Of a stretch of DNA of 64,000 nucleotides, positions 55,956 to 64,000 are shown one piece after another. Where the stretch lies: positions 1 to 64,000 of the forward strand of contig JBJEGD010000040.1 in NCBI GenBank assembly GCA_051874735.1, read 5' to 3'. The notes beneath the pieces are model-generated. The model searched no databases and was not told the origin of the DNA. It saw only the letters and a program-made list of their open reading frames with translations. The stretch comes from Candidatus Bruticola sp. Its GTDB lineage: Bacteria; Vulcanimicrobiota; Xenobia; Xenobiales; Xenobiaceae. A program made the position numbers and the translations under genes. Within the stretch, counting starts at the first letter, position 1, and every line of letters begins with the position of its first letter.

Positions 55956-56831
55956 ATGAACAAGAACATCAATTTTGTTGCACAGAAGAAAAAACGGGGA
56001 GTGGCCCTTATTTCGGCCCTTTTCGTCTTAGTTATTATGGCTACTATTTGCGGCGGCTTTGTTTCTATTATGGCCCAAAATAGCAACGCTTCACGCCGGG
56101 CCGCTGAAGATAGTATTCTGCTCTATACGGCTGAAGCTGGCTTAGAATATGCGAAGTGGTGCGTTAAGCACAACCTAACTTATTACCCGGTGCGCGACCT
56201 TTACACTGCCTCTTCTTCCACCGTACCCAAAATAAAGGCTGGTGGCCTTTATAACTTTTGGGGATCGAGTGCCTATTTCGCTTACCCTGGAGCCGACATT
56301 TCCTCTTCTAATTTGGCTTCAATAGATTATCTGACTCGTCGCTATGAATATCTTTATTGGACTGATTTAAGTTTTGACAACTCTAATCAGAGTGGTCGCA
56401 AAAATGTTTTCGATGTGAACGGGGAAACCCGCTTTCTTACTACCTTCCAAATTACAGCAGGTGTAATTTGGGATAATGCCAAAACCAGCTCAACTTATAA
56501 TAATACTTCTACTGTCAACTATGTCAGGGCTGTGGGCAGTTCCAGTCAGAGAGGGTTCCCTGTAGAATTAGTTTCTACAGCTAGGCTCTGGAGTCTGAAG
56601 GACAACGGTCAGCTTTATAACGCCTTTAATAATCAGAATAGCGCCAATCAGCTTACATTAGTAGAAACTTCCAAACTTATCGAAGATATGGGAGCAGTTC
56701 AGGAGGCCACGCGCACTTTGCACTGTACTTTCATGCATGCGGTCAACGCCGATCAGTACAAGAACAGCTACCCAAAACAAGATTATTACGATGTAAAAAT
56801 GTTTAAAGATTACAGGGATTATGCACGATGA
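55956..56831 (+). CDS. Type IV minor pilin (PilX/GspK-like)
   Basis: KKKRG|VALISAL without Glu5; YTAEAGLEYA. Confidence 0.85.
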   Translation: MNKNINFVAQKKKRGVALISALFVLVIMATICGGFVSIMAQNSNASRRAAEDSILLYTAEAGLEYAKWCVKHNLTYYPVRDLYTASSSTVPKIKAGGLYNFWGSSAYFAYPGADISSSNLASIDYLTRRYEYLYWTDLSFDNSNQSGRKNVFDVNGETRFLTTFQITAGVIWDNAKTSSTYNNTSTVNYVRAVGSSSQRGFPVELVSTARLWSLKDNGQLYNAFNNQNSANQLTLVETSKLIEDMGAVQEATRTLHCTFMHAVNADQYKNSYPKQDYYDVKMFKDYRDYAR

Positions 56832-58270
56832 GTTGGATAAGCGTAAACAGGCGTCAGCGCGGCGTCACTCTCATAGAAATATTGGTGGCCGTAGCTGTTC
56901 TGGCTGTCGGCTTCGGCGCCGTCTTTCAGGTGTTCCCTTTGGGATACGCAGCGGCAGCTAAAGGTAAAAATCTCAATATAGCTTATGAGCTAGCTTCGCG
57001 CCGTTTGGAAGAGGCTCGCGGTTATGTGCTTTTTGGCGGTAATCCCAATAACGGCAATGCGCTATCTTCCTTCTCCTATTGGGGCAGCGGAGCGCCAGCT
57101 CCTGATGGTACTACTTATAAAGCTGTCAGCACTAACGGACAGTTTGTGGCTTTCAGTACTTCTACCGCTCCGGAGAATAAGTTCTTCTACAAAATAGACT
57201 GTCTGCCGGTAGTGGACAACCGTCGCCTTTATTTGGAGTTCCCGGCTAGACGCACTGGCGTAAAATCGCCTATCCACTATAACGGCAGCTACGCTCCAGC
57301 CACAGAGGTAGCTGACACCGCTAACTCAGGGTTCGCCTCTATGTTCCGTTTAACTGTCACTGTGCGCGGTCCGCTTCCTCAGGTCGAGTTGGCTGCCGAT
57401 GATGAGTTCAGTAATTACAGCGAGGGTGCTGTAGAAGCCATACTTTCGACCATGGTGACCAACGAAAACTTAGGCGACGCTTTGTTGGCCAGTAACATGA
57501 CTTTGCGCAATACTACTTATGGCACCGTGGGCGACGACCCCACTGGAGGTCTTACTGGCGTTACCGCTTACAAGGGAATGCCTAGGCGCGGCCCGAGTGT
57601 GGCTAATTTAAATAAAGTGCTCATCAAAGGATTTACCCAGACCAATCCTCATCCTGAAAATTTTACAGTGCTCAATGTCGCCAACTTGACGCCTACCGAA
57701 TTAGCCGATACTGGACCCAGTATCTTAGACAGCAACGGAGCTGCTTCTGTGGCGCGCCGCCGTTTTGCTAACGATGCTTATTACGATCCTAGCTATGGCA
57801 AATACAATCCTTACTACCAAGATAAGACTGGCAGCCAGTTTACAGCTCAGGAGCTTATTGAGACTAATATTCTTGGTTTAGATAACGTTATGATTTACTC
57901 GCCGTCTTTGGCTGTAGGCGGATCTACCTATAAGCACAGTGCTTGTTCCTGGACCGGTGGCGGCTGGATTGCCGAAAGTAACAAGATTCATCGTTTACTA
58001 CCCCCCGGAGCTGGCGGTAATCCCAGCAGCAGTTACTGGTGTTTAGAATTGGTTAACGATTTGATCGGCCGCGACGGCGATTCTCCCAGTAAAGCTGGAG
58101 CTGCTTTAATGGATATGAAGTTTGATGGCGATATTTATCTGGGTAGCAGTAACGTGGTCGGCTATACGGCTGGCAGCTGCGATTCCAGCGGCAATGTGTT
58201 CGGTACGAGAGTGCGTACTCTGGTTCGCATCGAGGCCGGTAAAAATTACAATAACGTTTTACAGTATTAG
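56828..58270 (+). CDS. Large type IV minor pilin (PilV/GspI-like N-terminus)
   Basis: RRQRG|VTLIEILVA, AYELASRRLEE; 480 aa. Confidence 0.82.
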   Translation: MSWISVNRRQRGVTLIEILVAVAVLAVGFGAVFQVFPLGYAAAAKGKNLNIAYELASRRLEEARGYVLFGGNPNNGNALSSFSYWGSGAPAPDGTTYKAVSTNGQFVAFSTSTAPENKFFYKIDCLPVVDNRRLYLEFPARRTGVKSPIHYNGSYAPATEVADTANSGFASMFRLTVTVRGPLPQVELAADDEFSNYSEGAVEAILSTMVTNENLGDALLASNMTLRNTTYGTVGDDPTGGLTGVTAYKGMPRRGPSVANLNKVLIKGFTQTNPHPENFTVLNVANLTPTELADTGPSILDSNGAASVARRRFANDAYYDPSYGKYNPYYQDKTGSQFTAQELIETNILGLDNVMIYSPSLAVGGSTYKHSACSWTGGGWIAESNKIHRLLPPGAGGNPSSSYWCLELVNDLIGRDGDSPSKAGAALMDMKFDGDIYLGSSNVVGYTAGSCDSSGNVFGTRVRTLVRIEAGKNYNNVLQY

Positions 58271-58299
58271 TTAAGGGCGTAACTGCAGGGAGGCACACA

Positions 58300-59040
58300 A
58301 TGAATATGAGGTTTTACGGTTTTAGGTCTGGCCTGTTGAAGCGGCGCGGCTTTACTTTGGTAGAGCTGCTCATATCTATAGCCATGTTTTCGCTCTTTAC
58401 TTTAACTATTACTCAGTTGCTGATGGGCGGTATCGATTCTTTTAAGCGCGGTCAGGTAATTACAACCTTAAAGAATGATGTAAAAACCTGCTTGACTCAA
58501 ATTGAAGCCGATTTGCGTTATGCCAACAGTCGGTCTTCTTTTACCGATCCGGTTTATACTTCTGGAAATCAGTCTTTGGTTATGTCCTTTTATCGTTTTT
58601 ATGCCAGAGATACAGACTGGACGGTTGATGGCTCAACTTCCACTTATAAAGTAGATTATGCTATAGAACAAGAGGGTGATACTTATGTGCTCAATTATTC
58701 TAAAAGGAGCGGTACTAAGTATAAAATGCTTGACGATGTTATGTTAAGTACGGTGCCTGGCCAAGCTGGTACTTCTGGCAATTACAACAGTTATTTCCAG
58801 TGGGGACGCGTTAGCTACGGAAGCAACATTAACACCGTTCCCGAAGATGTAATGAACATACGTTTGACTAGTGGCCGCTATTTAGGCAAAGAAATTTTAA
58901 CTATGACTATGTCTAGTGCGGTAGCTGTTCGTACTCCTGTAGAGTGTTCTAATATGAAAGCTAGCGGTGGTATTCGCACCCAGGCTGTGGAGCTTTTGCC
59001 TTTTGAGGTTAATCTGCGTTCCGGCTCTTTATCATTCTAA
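58300..59040 (+). CDS. Type IV minor pilin (PilW/GspJ-like)
   Basis: KRRG|FTLVELLIS, IEADLRYA. Confidence 0.85.
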   Translation: MNMRFYGFRSGLLKRRGFTLVELLISIAMFSLFTLTITQLLMGGIDSFKRGQVITTLKNDVKTCLTQIEADLRYANSRSSFTDPVYTSGNQSLVMSFYRFYARDTDWTVDGSTSTYKVDYAIEQEGDTYVLNYSKRSGTKYKMLDDVMLSTVPGQAGTSGNYNSYFQWGRVSYGSNINTVPEDVMNIRLTSGRYLGKEILTMTMSSAVAVRTPVECSNMKASGGIRTQAVELLPFEVNLRSGSLSF

Positions 59041-59048
59041 TAATAAAT

Positions 59049-59088
59049 AAAAAAAAGAGCCTGCCAAAGCGGCAGGCTCTTTTTTTTT
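59049..59088. terminator. Bidirectional intrinsic terminator
   Basis: A-run, GAGCCTGCC AAAGC GGCAGGCTC, T-run. Confidence 0.9.
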
Positions 59089-59094
59089 GAGGAC

Positions 59095-59895
59095 TCAGAC
59101 TTGCCGCCAGCGTTTAATGAGCATGGATATTACTAAGAACAGGCAGGCAACAGCTGTAATAGAAGCACTAGTAGGTAAATCATAACGTACGGACAAGCCC
59201 ACACCTAAAAAAACTGAGGCTAAAGCAGAAAGCAGGGAGGCTATGCAAACCCATCTCCAGCGGCAGCTCAAACATAATCCGGTCAGCGGAGGTACTATCA
59301 GCATAGCAAATACTAGCAAAGCACCGGCACTGTGTATAGCGACAGCTATAGCTAATCCTACCGTAAAGTAGAAGAGCCAATTCCAAAATTTTACGTTGTA
59401 CCCTAAAGCCTGAGCCATCATAGGATCAAACGAAGCCAATATAAACTGTTTGCAAAATATGAGGCTCATAGCTGCAATAAAGACTAGCGCGCCAATCATA
59501 AGATAAATATCCGTTGAGGTGACGGCTAAAACATTGCCGAAGAGCAAACTTAGCATATCGCTGTCGGCGTGGGGAGATAAGGCAATAAACAGAACGGCCG
59601 CCGCTCCAGCTGCTACGTAAGCGCTGCCTATGAGCCCTTCTGAAGGAAGTCCGCGTCGATGATCCTTAGCGAAGAAAGTTACTCCTCCCAGCATAAGAAT
59701 GATGGCTCCTAAACTGCAGGGGAGGTGGAGCCAACCGCTCATAGCGATGCCGGCTGTTGCTAGTTGAGCTAGGGCTACTCCTACAAAGGTAATACGGCGC
59801 AGTACGATCAGCACTCCCAAGTAGGCAGTCATTAAAGCAGTCAGGGAAGCCGAAAGCAAAGCTAAAGAAGTAAAATCTAAATTATCAATAGACAT
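59095..59895 (-). CDS. Zn/Mn ABC transporter permease (ZnuB-like)
   Basis: LGVLIVLRR, LLFGNVLAV, SFDP..A.ALG, GALLVFAMLIVP. Confidence 0.92.
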   Translation of the reverse strand: MSIDNLDFTSLALLSASLTALMTAYLGVLIVLRRITFVGVALAQLATAGIAMSGWLHLPCSLGAIILMLGGVTFFAKDHRRGLPSEGLIGSAYVAAGAAAVLFIALSPHADSDMLSLLFGNVLAVTSTDIYLMIGALVFIAAMSLIFCKQFILASFDPMMAQALGYNVKFWNWLFYFTVGLAIAVAIHSAGALLVFAMLIVPPLTGLCLSCRWRWVCIASLLSALASVFLGVGLSVRYDLPTSASITAVACLFLVISMLIKRWRQV

Positions 59896-59936
59896 ATTCT
59901 CTCTCAGAAAAAATAAACGGAAGCCTATTTGCGGTA

Positions 59937-60683
59937 TTATTTATTCCACCGAATGGGACGTCCAAACAGTTTGCTTAAATATTGAGAAGTAAATATCTCT
60001 TTAGGTTCGCCCCAGCTTATAGTGCGGCGGCCATTTTTATCAGAGTGAAAAATGCCGACAATTTGCGCATGTTCGGCCACAATTTCTAACATGTGGGTGA
60101 CTATGACAACTGTCATACCCTGCTTGTGCAGTTGGGAGACTATTTCCAGAGTATCTTGGCTAGCTCCTAAATCCATGCCGTTAGTTGGTTCATCTAAAAG
60201 TAGGACTTGTGGTTTCGACACTAGAGCTCTGGCCATAAGTACTCTTTGCAGCTGCCCTCCAGAGAGAGCGCTGATATGAGAATCAGACCAAGCTTCTAAA
60301 TTTACCTGCTCTAAAGCTTGCTTGACAGCTTGCCGATCAGTCGAAGATGGCCAAAATCTGTTTCCCATTTGGGCGTAGCGTCCCATAAGTACAGTGTCAA
60401 AAACGGAAAGTGGAAAAGAAGTTTCTAAAGTTTGGTGTTGAGGCATATAGCCGAGTCCATGCATACGGTGCTGCTCCTGACCTGAAGAGTCAAAAAATTT
60501 GATATGACCGCTTATAGGTTTAAGAGCCCCTACTAGACCTTTTAAAAGAGTAGATTTGCCGACGCCATTAGAGCCAACTAAGCCGATGTATTTGCCTCTT
60601 TCAAGAGAAAAATTTAGCCCTTCTAGTATGGGATAGCCCCCGTAGCCCAAACTGACTTGGCTGAATTCTGCAAACATAGCCAT
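59937..60683 (-). CDS. Zn/Mn ABC transporter ATPase (ZnuC-like)
   Basis: GSNGVGKST, GYMPQ, LSGGQLQR, LLLDEPT. Confidence 0.93.
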   Translation of the reverse strand: MAMFAEFSQVSLGYGGYPILEGLNFSLERGKYIGLVGSNGVGKSTLLKGLVGALKPISGHIKFFDSSGQEQHRMHGLGYMPQHQTLETSFPLSVFDTVLMGRYAQMGNRFWPSSTDRQAVKQALEQVNLEAWSDSHISALSGGQLQRVLMARALVSKPQVLLLDEPTNGMDLGASQDTLEIVSQLHKQGMTVVIVTHMLEIVAEHAQIVGIFHSDKNGRRTISWGEPKEIFTSQYLSKLFGRPIRWNK

Positions 60684-60684
60684 T

Positions 60685-61611
60685 TTATTTCAAAGCCTTA
60701 ACTAACTGATTAACGTTGTATTCCATCATTTCTAAATAAGTAGAAGTATTAGGTAAACTTCCGGGCTGGATGGGCAATTTTAAAGTGGTGGCTCCCGATT
60801 TTTGAGCCACAGAGTTGGGCAAATTCTCAGGATACCAAGGTTCAAAAACTACCACCTTAACTTTAGAATTTTTCATCAGCTCTACAAGTTCGTTGAGTTG
60901 GCGGCTAGAAGGAGAGACGCCTGGTTTAGGCTCAATATTGCCGCATACTTTTAAACCGAAATGGGCGGCGAAATAGCTCCAAGTGCTGTGATAAGTGACG
61001 ATATTGCTGCCTGCATAAGGCTGTAATAAAGCTTTCCAACGTTTATCGGCCTGATCGATTTTATGCCAGTAGGCGCTGTAATTTTTATCATAAATAGCTG
61101 AGCCTTCCGGATCGATACGTTTAAAAAAGGCGGTCATAGTTCTGGCCACATGTTTTACATTAGTAGGATTGAGAGTATAATGCGGATTTCCGTCAGGGTG
61201 AGCATCGCCACGGGAACGATCGACTTTGCCGCTAGGCTTATCCATAACTTTAATGCCTGAGCTGGCTTCTAAAAAGTTAGGTTGTCCGGGCATAATTTTG
61301 GGATTGCGAGCGCTGCGCAGCAGACTGGGAGCCCAACCTATTTCCAAGGATAATCCCGTTTCGATGAAAGCATCAGCTTGCTGTAAGGTACGCAGATAGC
61401 TAGGTTTTGTTTCCACAAAGTGAGGATCTTGGCCGCCTTTGGCAATACAGGTAACTTTTACACGGGATCCGCCTATCTGGCTGGCTATATCGGCTAAATC
61501 GGGCGTAGTGACAGCCACATTCAAAGTTTTATCGGCGCATACTGGCTGAGAAAAACAAAAAGCCAGACACCAAACTGTCAGAAGAACGCACCAAAAAGAA
61601 GTTTTAGACAT
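60685..61611 (-). CDS. Zn/Mn ABC transporter substrate-binding protein (cluster A-I)
   Basis: Signal peptide; DPH, GNPHY and TYH metal-ligand motifs. Confidence 0.92.
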   Translation of the reverse strand: MSKTSFWCVLLTVWCLAFCFSQPVCADKTLNVAVTTPDLADIASQIGGSRVKVTCIAKGGQDPHFVETKPSYLRTLQQADAFIETGLSLEIGWAPSLLRSARNPKIMPGQPNFLEASSGIKVMDKPSGKVDRSRGDAHPDGNPHYTLNPTNVKHVARTMTAFFKRIDPEGSAIYDKNYSAYWHKIDQADKRWKALLQPYAGSNIVTYHSTWSYFAAHFGLKVCGNIEPKPGVSPSSRQLNELVELMKNSKVKVVVFEPWYPENLPNSVAQKSGATTLKLPIQPGSLPNTSTYLEMMEYNVNQLVKALK

Positions 61612-61644
61612 AAAAAATACTCCTTTATTTAGGCAAGATTAAAT

Positions 61645-63330
61645 TTAATATTTATGGGCTCCATGAGGGCCAATTACTACATTCCACTGCAGTAGCAGTT
61701 CGTTATAGCTAGGCTGCCAACTGGGAGAAGTTCGGTTGTATTGCAGTTTTATGGAATTCCATTCGTTGGCGATATACTCTGCAAAGGTAGAGAAGCGCTT
61801 AGTTTTGCCGTCTTCAACTAAAGGAGACTCAGCTTCTTCATAGCGAGCTCCTAAGCGGAAATTTTTATTGCAACGGTACGCTAAATAGGTGTACCAGCCA
61901 CTCAAATTTTTGTCTTTGAGCATAGAATGGTGCTCATGCTCTTCCATTTCTTCAATTTCTTCAGTTCGGTTAGTTTGGTAGGACTGATGAGCCTGCATGT
62001 ATTCGCTGCGCCAAATGAATTCGCGGTAAGGATCAGCAGTAGGGCTCCATTTTAGAGTTAAGTCGGCACCGTTAATAGAAGAAGAGCGTATATGCTCGCT
62101 GTCTATAGAAGAACTGGCGTGAGAAAGTCCTAAAGTTAAAGTAGTATCGTCATTAAGCTCAGCCATATTTTCCCAGCGGGCGCTGAACATCGGATTGTGT
62201 TTGCCCTCGTTGGGAAACAGTGCAAATTCTTCTTCAGCCTCTTCGCCGTTGTGGGAATGGCCTTCGATGCGGCTAGTGACTGAGGTGGAAATTTTCGAAT
62301 ACCATGGAGTGGGCAACAGCCAAGATAACTCTACACCTGGAGTGGATAGTCCCTCTTCGCCTAAAAATTCAGTATAGGGTAGAGGGCGATCTATTTGAGG
62401 TAGAGCGTGAGTATGCGTAGAATTTAAAGCTCCAAATTCTGTGCGCATTTGGCCAGCGCGTAGTTGTAAACCGCCGCTTAGCCCCATATATTGTATGAAA
62501 GCTTCCTCTAATTCCGGACTTTCATTTTGATGGGCGGCAAAAGTTGCTTCTAAACGGGTAGACGGATCGACTGGGGCTGAAAGCTGCAGTTCAGCTTCCT
62601 GAATGAAGAAGCTGTTTTTTGTTGAGCTGTCTTCCTGGCCGCCTAGTTGGCCTCCGCCTAGCAAAACTAACGAAATGTTAGGATTCATATCTGGCTGTTG
62701 GCCGCTGGCCTGAGCAGTGGCCTCTTGGGGGGCCTCAGAGGCTGAAGGGGGTTCCGGCCCCAAATCTTCAGTTTCACCGTCGTCTGGATTGGCTTGGGCT
62801 TCCAACTCGTTAAGCTTCTTAGAGCTATTTAAAGAGTTATTTTCATTTGGTGAGGACTCCGCTAGAGCTGCTTCCTTTTCCCGATCTAGCTTATCCGTGG
62901 GAGCGTCAGCTAGATTTGGGGTTTGCTTGGGCTCCTCCATTGAGGCGGCAGCTGCTGTTCTCTCTGAAAAACTGCCCTCACCTTGGGTAGCTGCTGTCTG
63001 GAACTGACCGCGCCTCATTTCCTCAATCTGAGAGCGCATTTCGTCTATTTGAACTTGCTGTTTTTCGATTAATTTGGCTTGATCTTCGAGTAGGCGCTGC
63101 TGTTTTTGAAAAAGTTGCTGCAGTTCATCGAGTGAATGAGTAGAAGGCTGAGCTGCAGGGGTGGAATTATTTAAGCTTTTAGTATTGTCAGCTGTATTAT
63201 TTAACGAGGCAGAAGGGCTGCTAAGGTCTGTGGAATCGACAGTTTCAGCTTGAGCTGAAAGCGATAAAGGACCAGCTAGAGCAGCACCAAGCAGACCAAT
63301 ACCCAGAAGGTGTAGGTGTAGCTTCGGCAA
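61645..63330 (-). CDS. Putative metal-uptake outer-membrane beta-barrel/receptor with N-terminal coiled coil
   Basis: Signal peptide AQA|E, coiled coil, NPNIS, EAELQLSAPVDP, NSTHTH, His/Glu loops, C-terminal LLQWNVVIGPHGAHKY. Confidence 0.7.
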   Translation of the reverse strand: MPKLHLHLLGIGLLGAALAGPLSLSAQAETVDSTDLSSPSASLNNTADNTKSLNNSTPAAQPSTHSLDELQQLFQKQQRLLEDQAKLIEKQQVQIDEMRSQIEEMRRGQFQTAATQGEGSFSERTAAAASMEEPKQTPNLADAPTDKLDREKEAALAESSPNENNSLNSSKKLNELEAQANPDDGETEDLGPEPPSASEAPQEATAQASGQQPDMNPNISLVLLGGGQLGGQEDSSTKNSFFIQEAELQLSAPVDPSTRLEATFAAHQNESPELEEAFIQYMGLSGGLQLRAGQMRTEFGALNSTHTHALPQIDRPLPYTEFLGEEGLSTPGVELSWLLPTPWYSKISTSVTSRIEGHSHNGEEAEEEFALFPNEGKHNPMFSARWENMAELNDDTTLTLGLSHASSSIDSEHIRSSSINGADLTLKWSPTADPYREFIWRSEYMQAHQSYQTNRTEEIEEMEEHEHHSMLKDKNLSGWYTYLAYRCNKNFRLGARYEEAESPLVEDGKTKRFSTFAEYIANEWNSIKLQYNRTSPSWQPSYNELLLQWNVVIGPHGAHKY

Positions 63331-63372
63331 TTTTATTCTCCAATTCGGCTTAAAAAATATATATTGATGTAG

Positions 63373-63798
63373 TTAAATGGCAGAGCCGAGAGGAGAAGGA
63401 GGTGAGCGGCCCGTTTTAGATATGAAGTCTAGACGGTCGCAAAGGCAACTGTAATATTCCAACTGTTCTGGCAGCGGACAACAATAGGGTAAGAACAGAA
63501 AGCTGCGGTATCCTTGACCTAGTTGGATAATAATTTGGCAAGCGGAACAGTCGTCTTCTTGAATTCCAGAAGTGTTTTCCAAGTGAAGGGCACGATTAGA
63601 GCAACTGCAAAAGTCCGCCTGATCGAAGAATTCGATTTGACAGAAACGGGCTGCCTCACAAGGAAAAATTCGGCTGCTGTGAGGGTGCAACCAAAGCATA
63701 CCTTGAGCTGGTACAAAGAAAAAAAGCAGCCATAAGCAGATCAGCCCTAAAGAACCGAACTTACTTAGGTCGTTATTTTTATCTTTAGCTCGCAGCAT
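63373..63798 (-). CDS. DUF2946-like Cys/His-rich leader protein (CxxC plus RSPP)
   Basis: N-terminal hydrophobic segment, HPH, DDCSACQ, C-terminal GRSPP; first gene of the metal-uptake operon. Confidence 0.65.
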   Translation of the reverse strand: MLRAKDKNNDLSKFGSLGLICLWLLFFFVPAQGMLWLHPHSSRIFPCEAARFCQIEFFDQADFCSCSNRALHLENTSGIQEDDCSACQIIIQLGQGYRSFLFLPYCCPLPEQLEYYSCLCDRLDFISKTGRSPPSPLGSAI

Positions 63799-63871
63799 AT
63801 GGAGTAAGTATTGAAATAAGGGTAAATAACTTTAAGATCAACTCATTATAAACCCGCTTTCTTTATTAGTC

Positions 63872-63890
63872 AATGATAATGAAAAATCAT
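63872..63890. promoter_or_regulatory. Possible Fur-family (Zur/Fur) operator
   Basis: AATGATAATGAAAAATCAT, an imperfect ATGAT-N8-ATCAT inverted repeat containing GATAATGA, upstream of the metal-uptake operon. Confidence 0.45.
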
Positions 63891-64000
63891 CAGCACTAAC
63901 CTGTAGTACCATTTTTAGAAGTTTTAATTTAATTTAATACACAATATATTAAAAATTTTATGCAAAAAAGTATCTTTTTCTGTAGGGTAAAAGCCTTTAA

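Noticed and set aside
595-63735. Numerous short 60-125 aa ORFs antisense to or nested in long genes
   Set aside because: They overlap well-supported genes, lack motifs and RBSs, and look like shadow ORFs.
1-64000. CRISPR arrays, tRNA/rRNA genes, transposases, integrases and prophage genes
   Set aside because: No regularly spaced direct repeats, tRNA-like cloverleaves or mobile-element protein motifs were seen by eye. A small RNA could have been missed.

Overview
Bacterial chromosomal window with no rRNA, tRNA, CRISPR array, integrase or transposase recognisable by eye. The organism is probably diderm, given an outer-membrane receptor-like gene. Most of the window is housekeeping: clpP, type II pantothenate kinase, rpmE-prfA-prmC-nusB, PBP1A, asnS, yebC-ruvC, xseA-xseB-ispA-dxs-like, ruvA-ruvB, S46 peptidase, Ktr/Trk K+ uptake, an MsbA-like ABC exporter, comM/yifB, iscS-iscU and aroC. 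It also carries a four-gene type IV minor-pilin cluster and a Zn/Mn ABC uptake operon led by a CxxC/RSPP (DUF2946-like) ORF. The most striking element is a candidate RiPP-like locus at about 52.0-54.6 kb. Two paralogous proteins share a leader motif (VNL...FELxL) and an internal signal-peptide-like segment, and both end in His-Xaa-Asn repeats (the second also has Trp-Xaa-Asn). They are followed by a radical-SAM-fold protein that keeps a complete SPASM domain and a C-terminal PqqD/RRE-like domain but has lost the CxxxCxxC SAM-cluster motif. Several other apparent pseudo-enzymes occur: DXS-like, DnaB-like, MBL-fold, DHFR-like, and an IscU lacking its third Cys. All assignments come from motif recognition by eye; no database searches were run.
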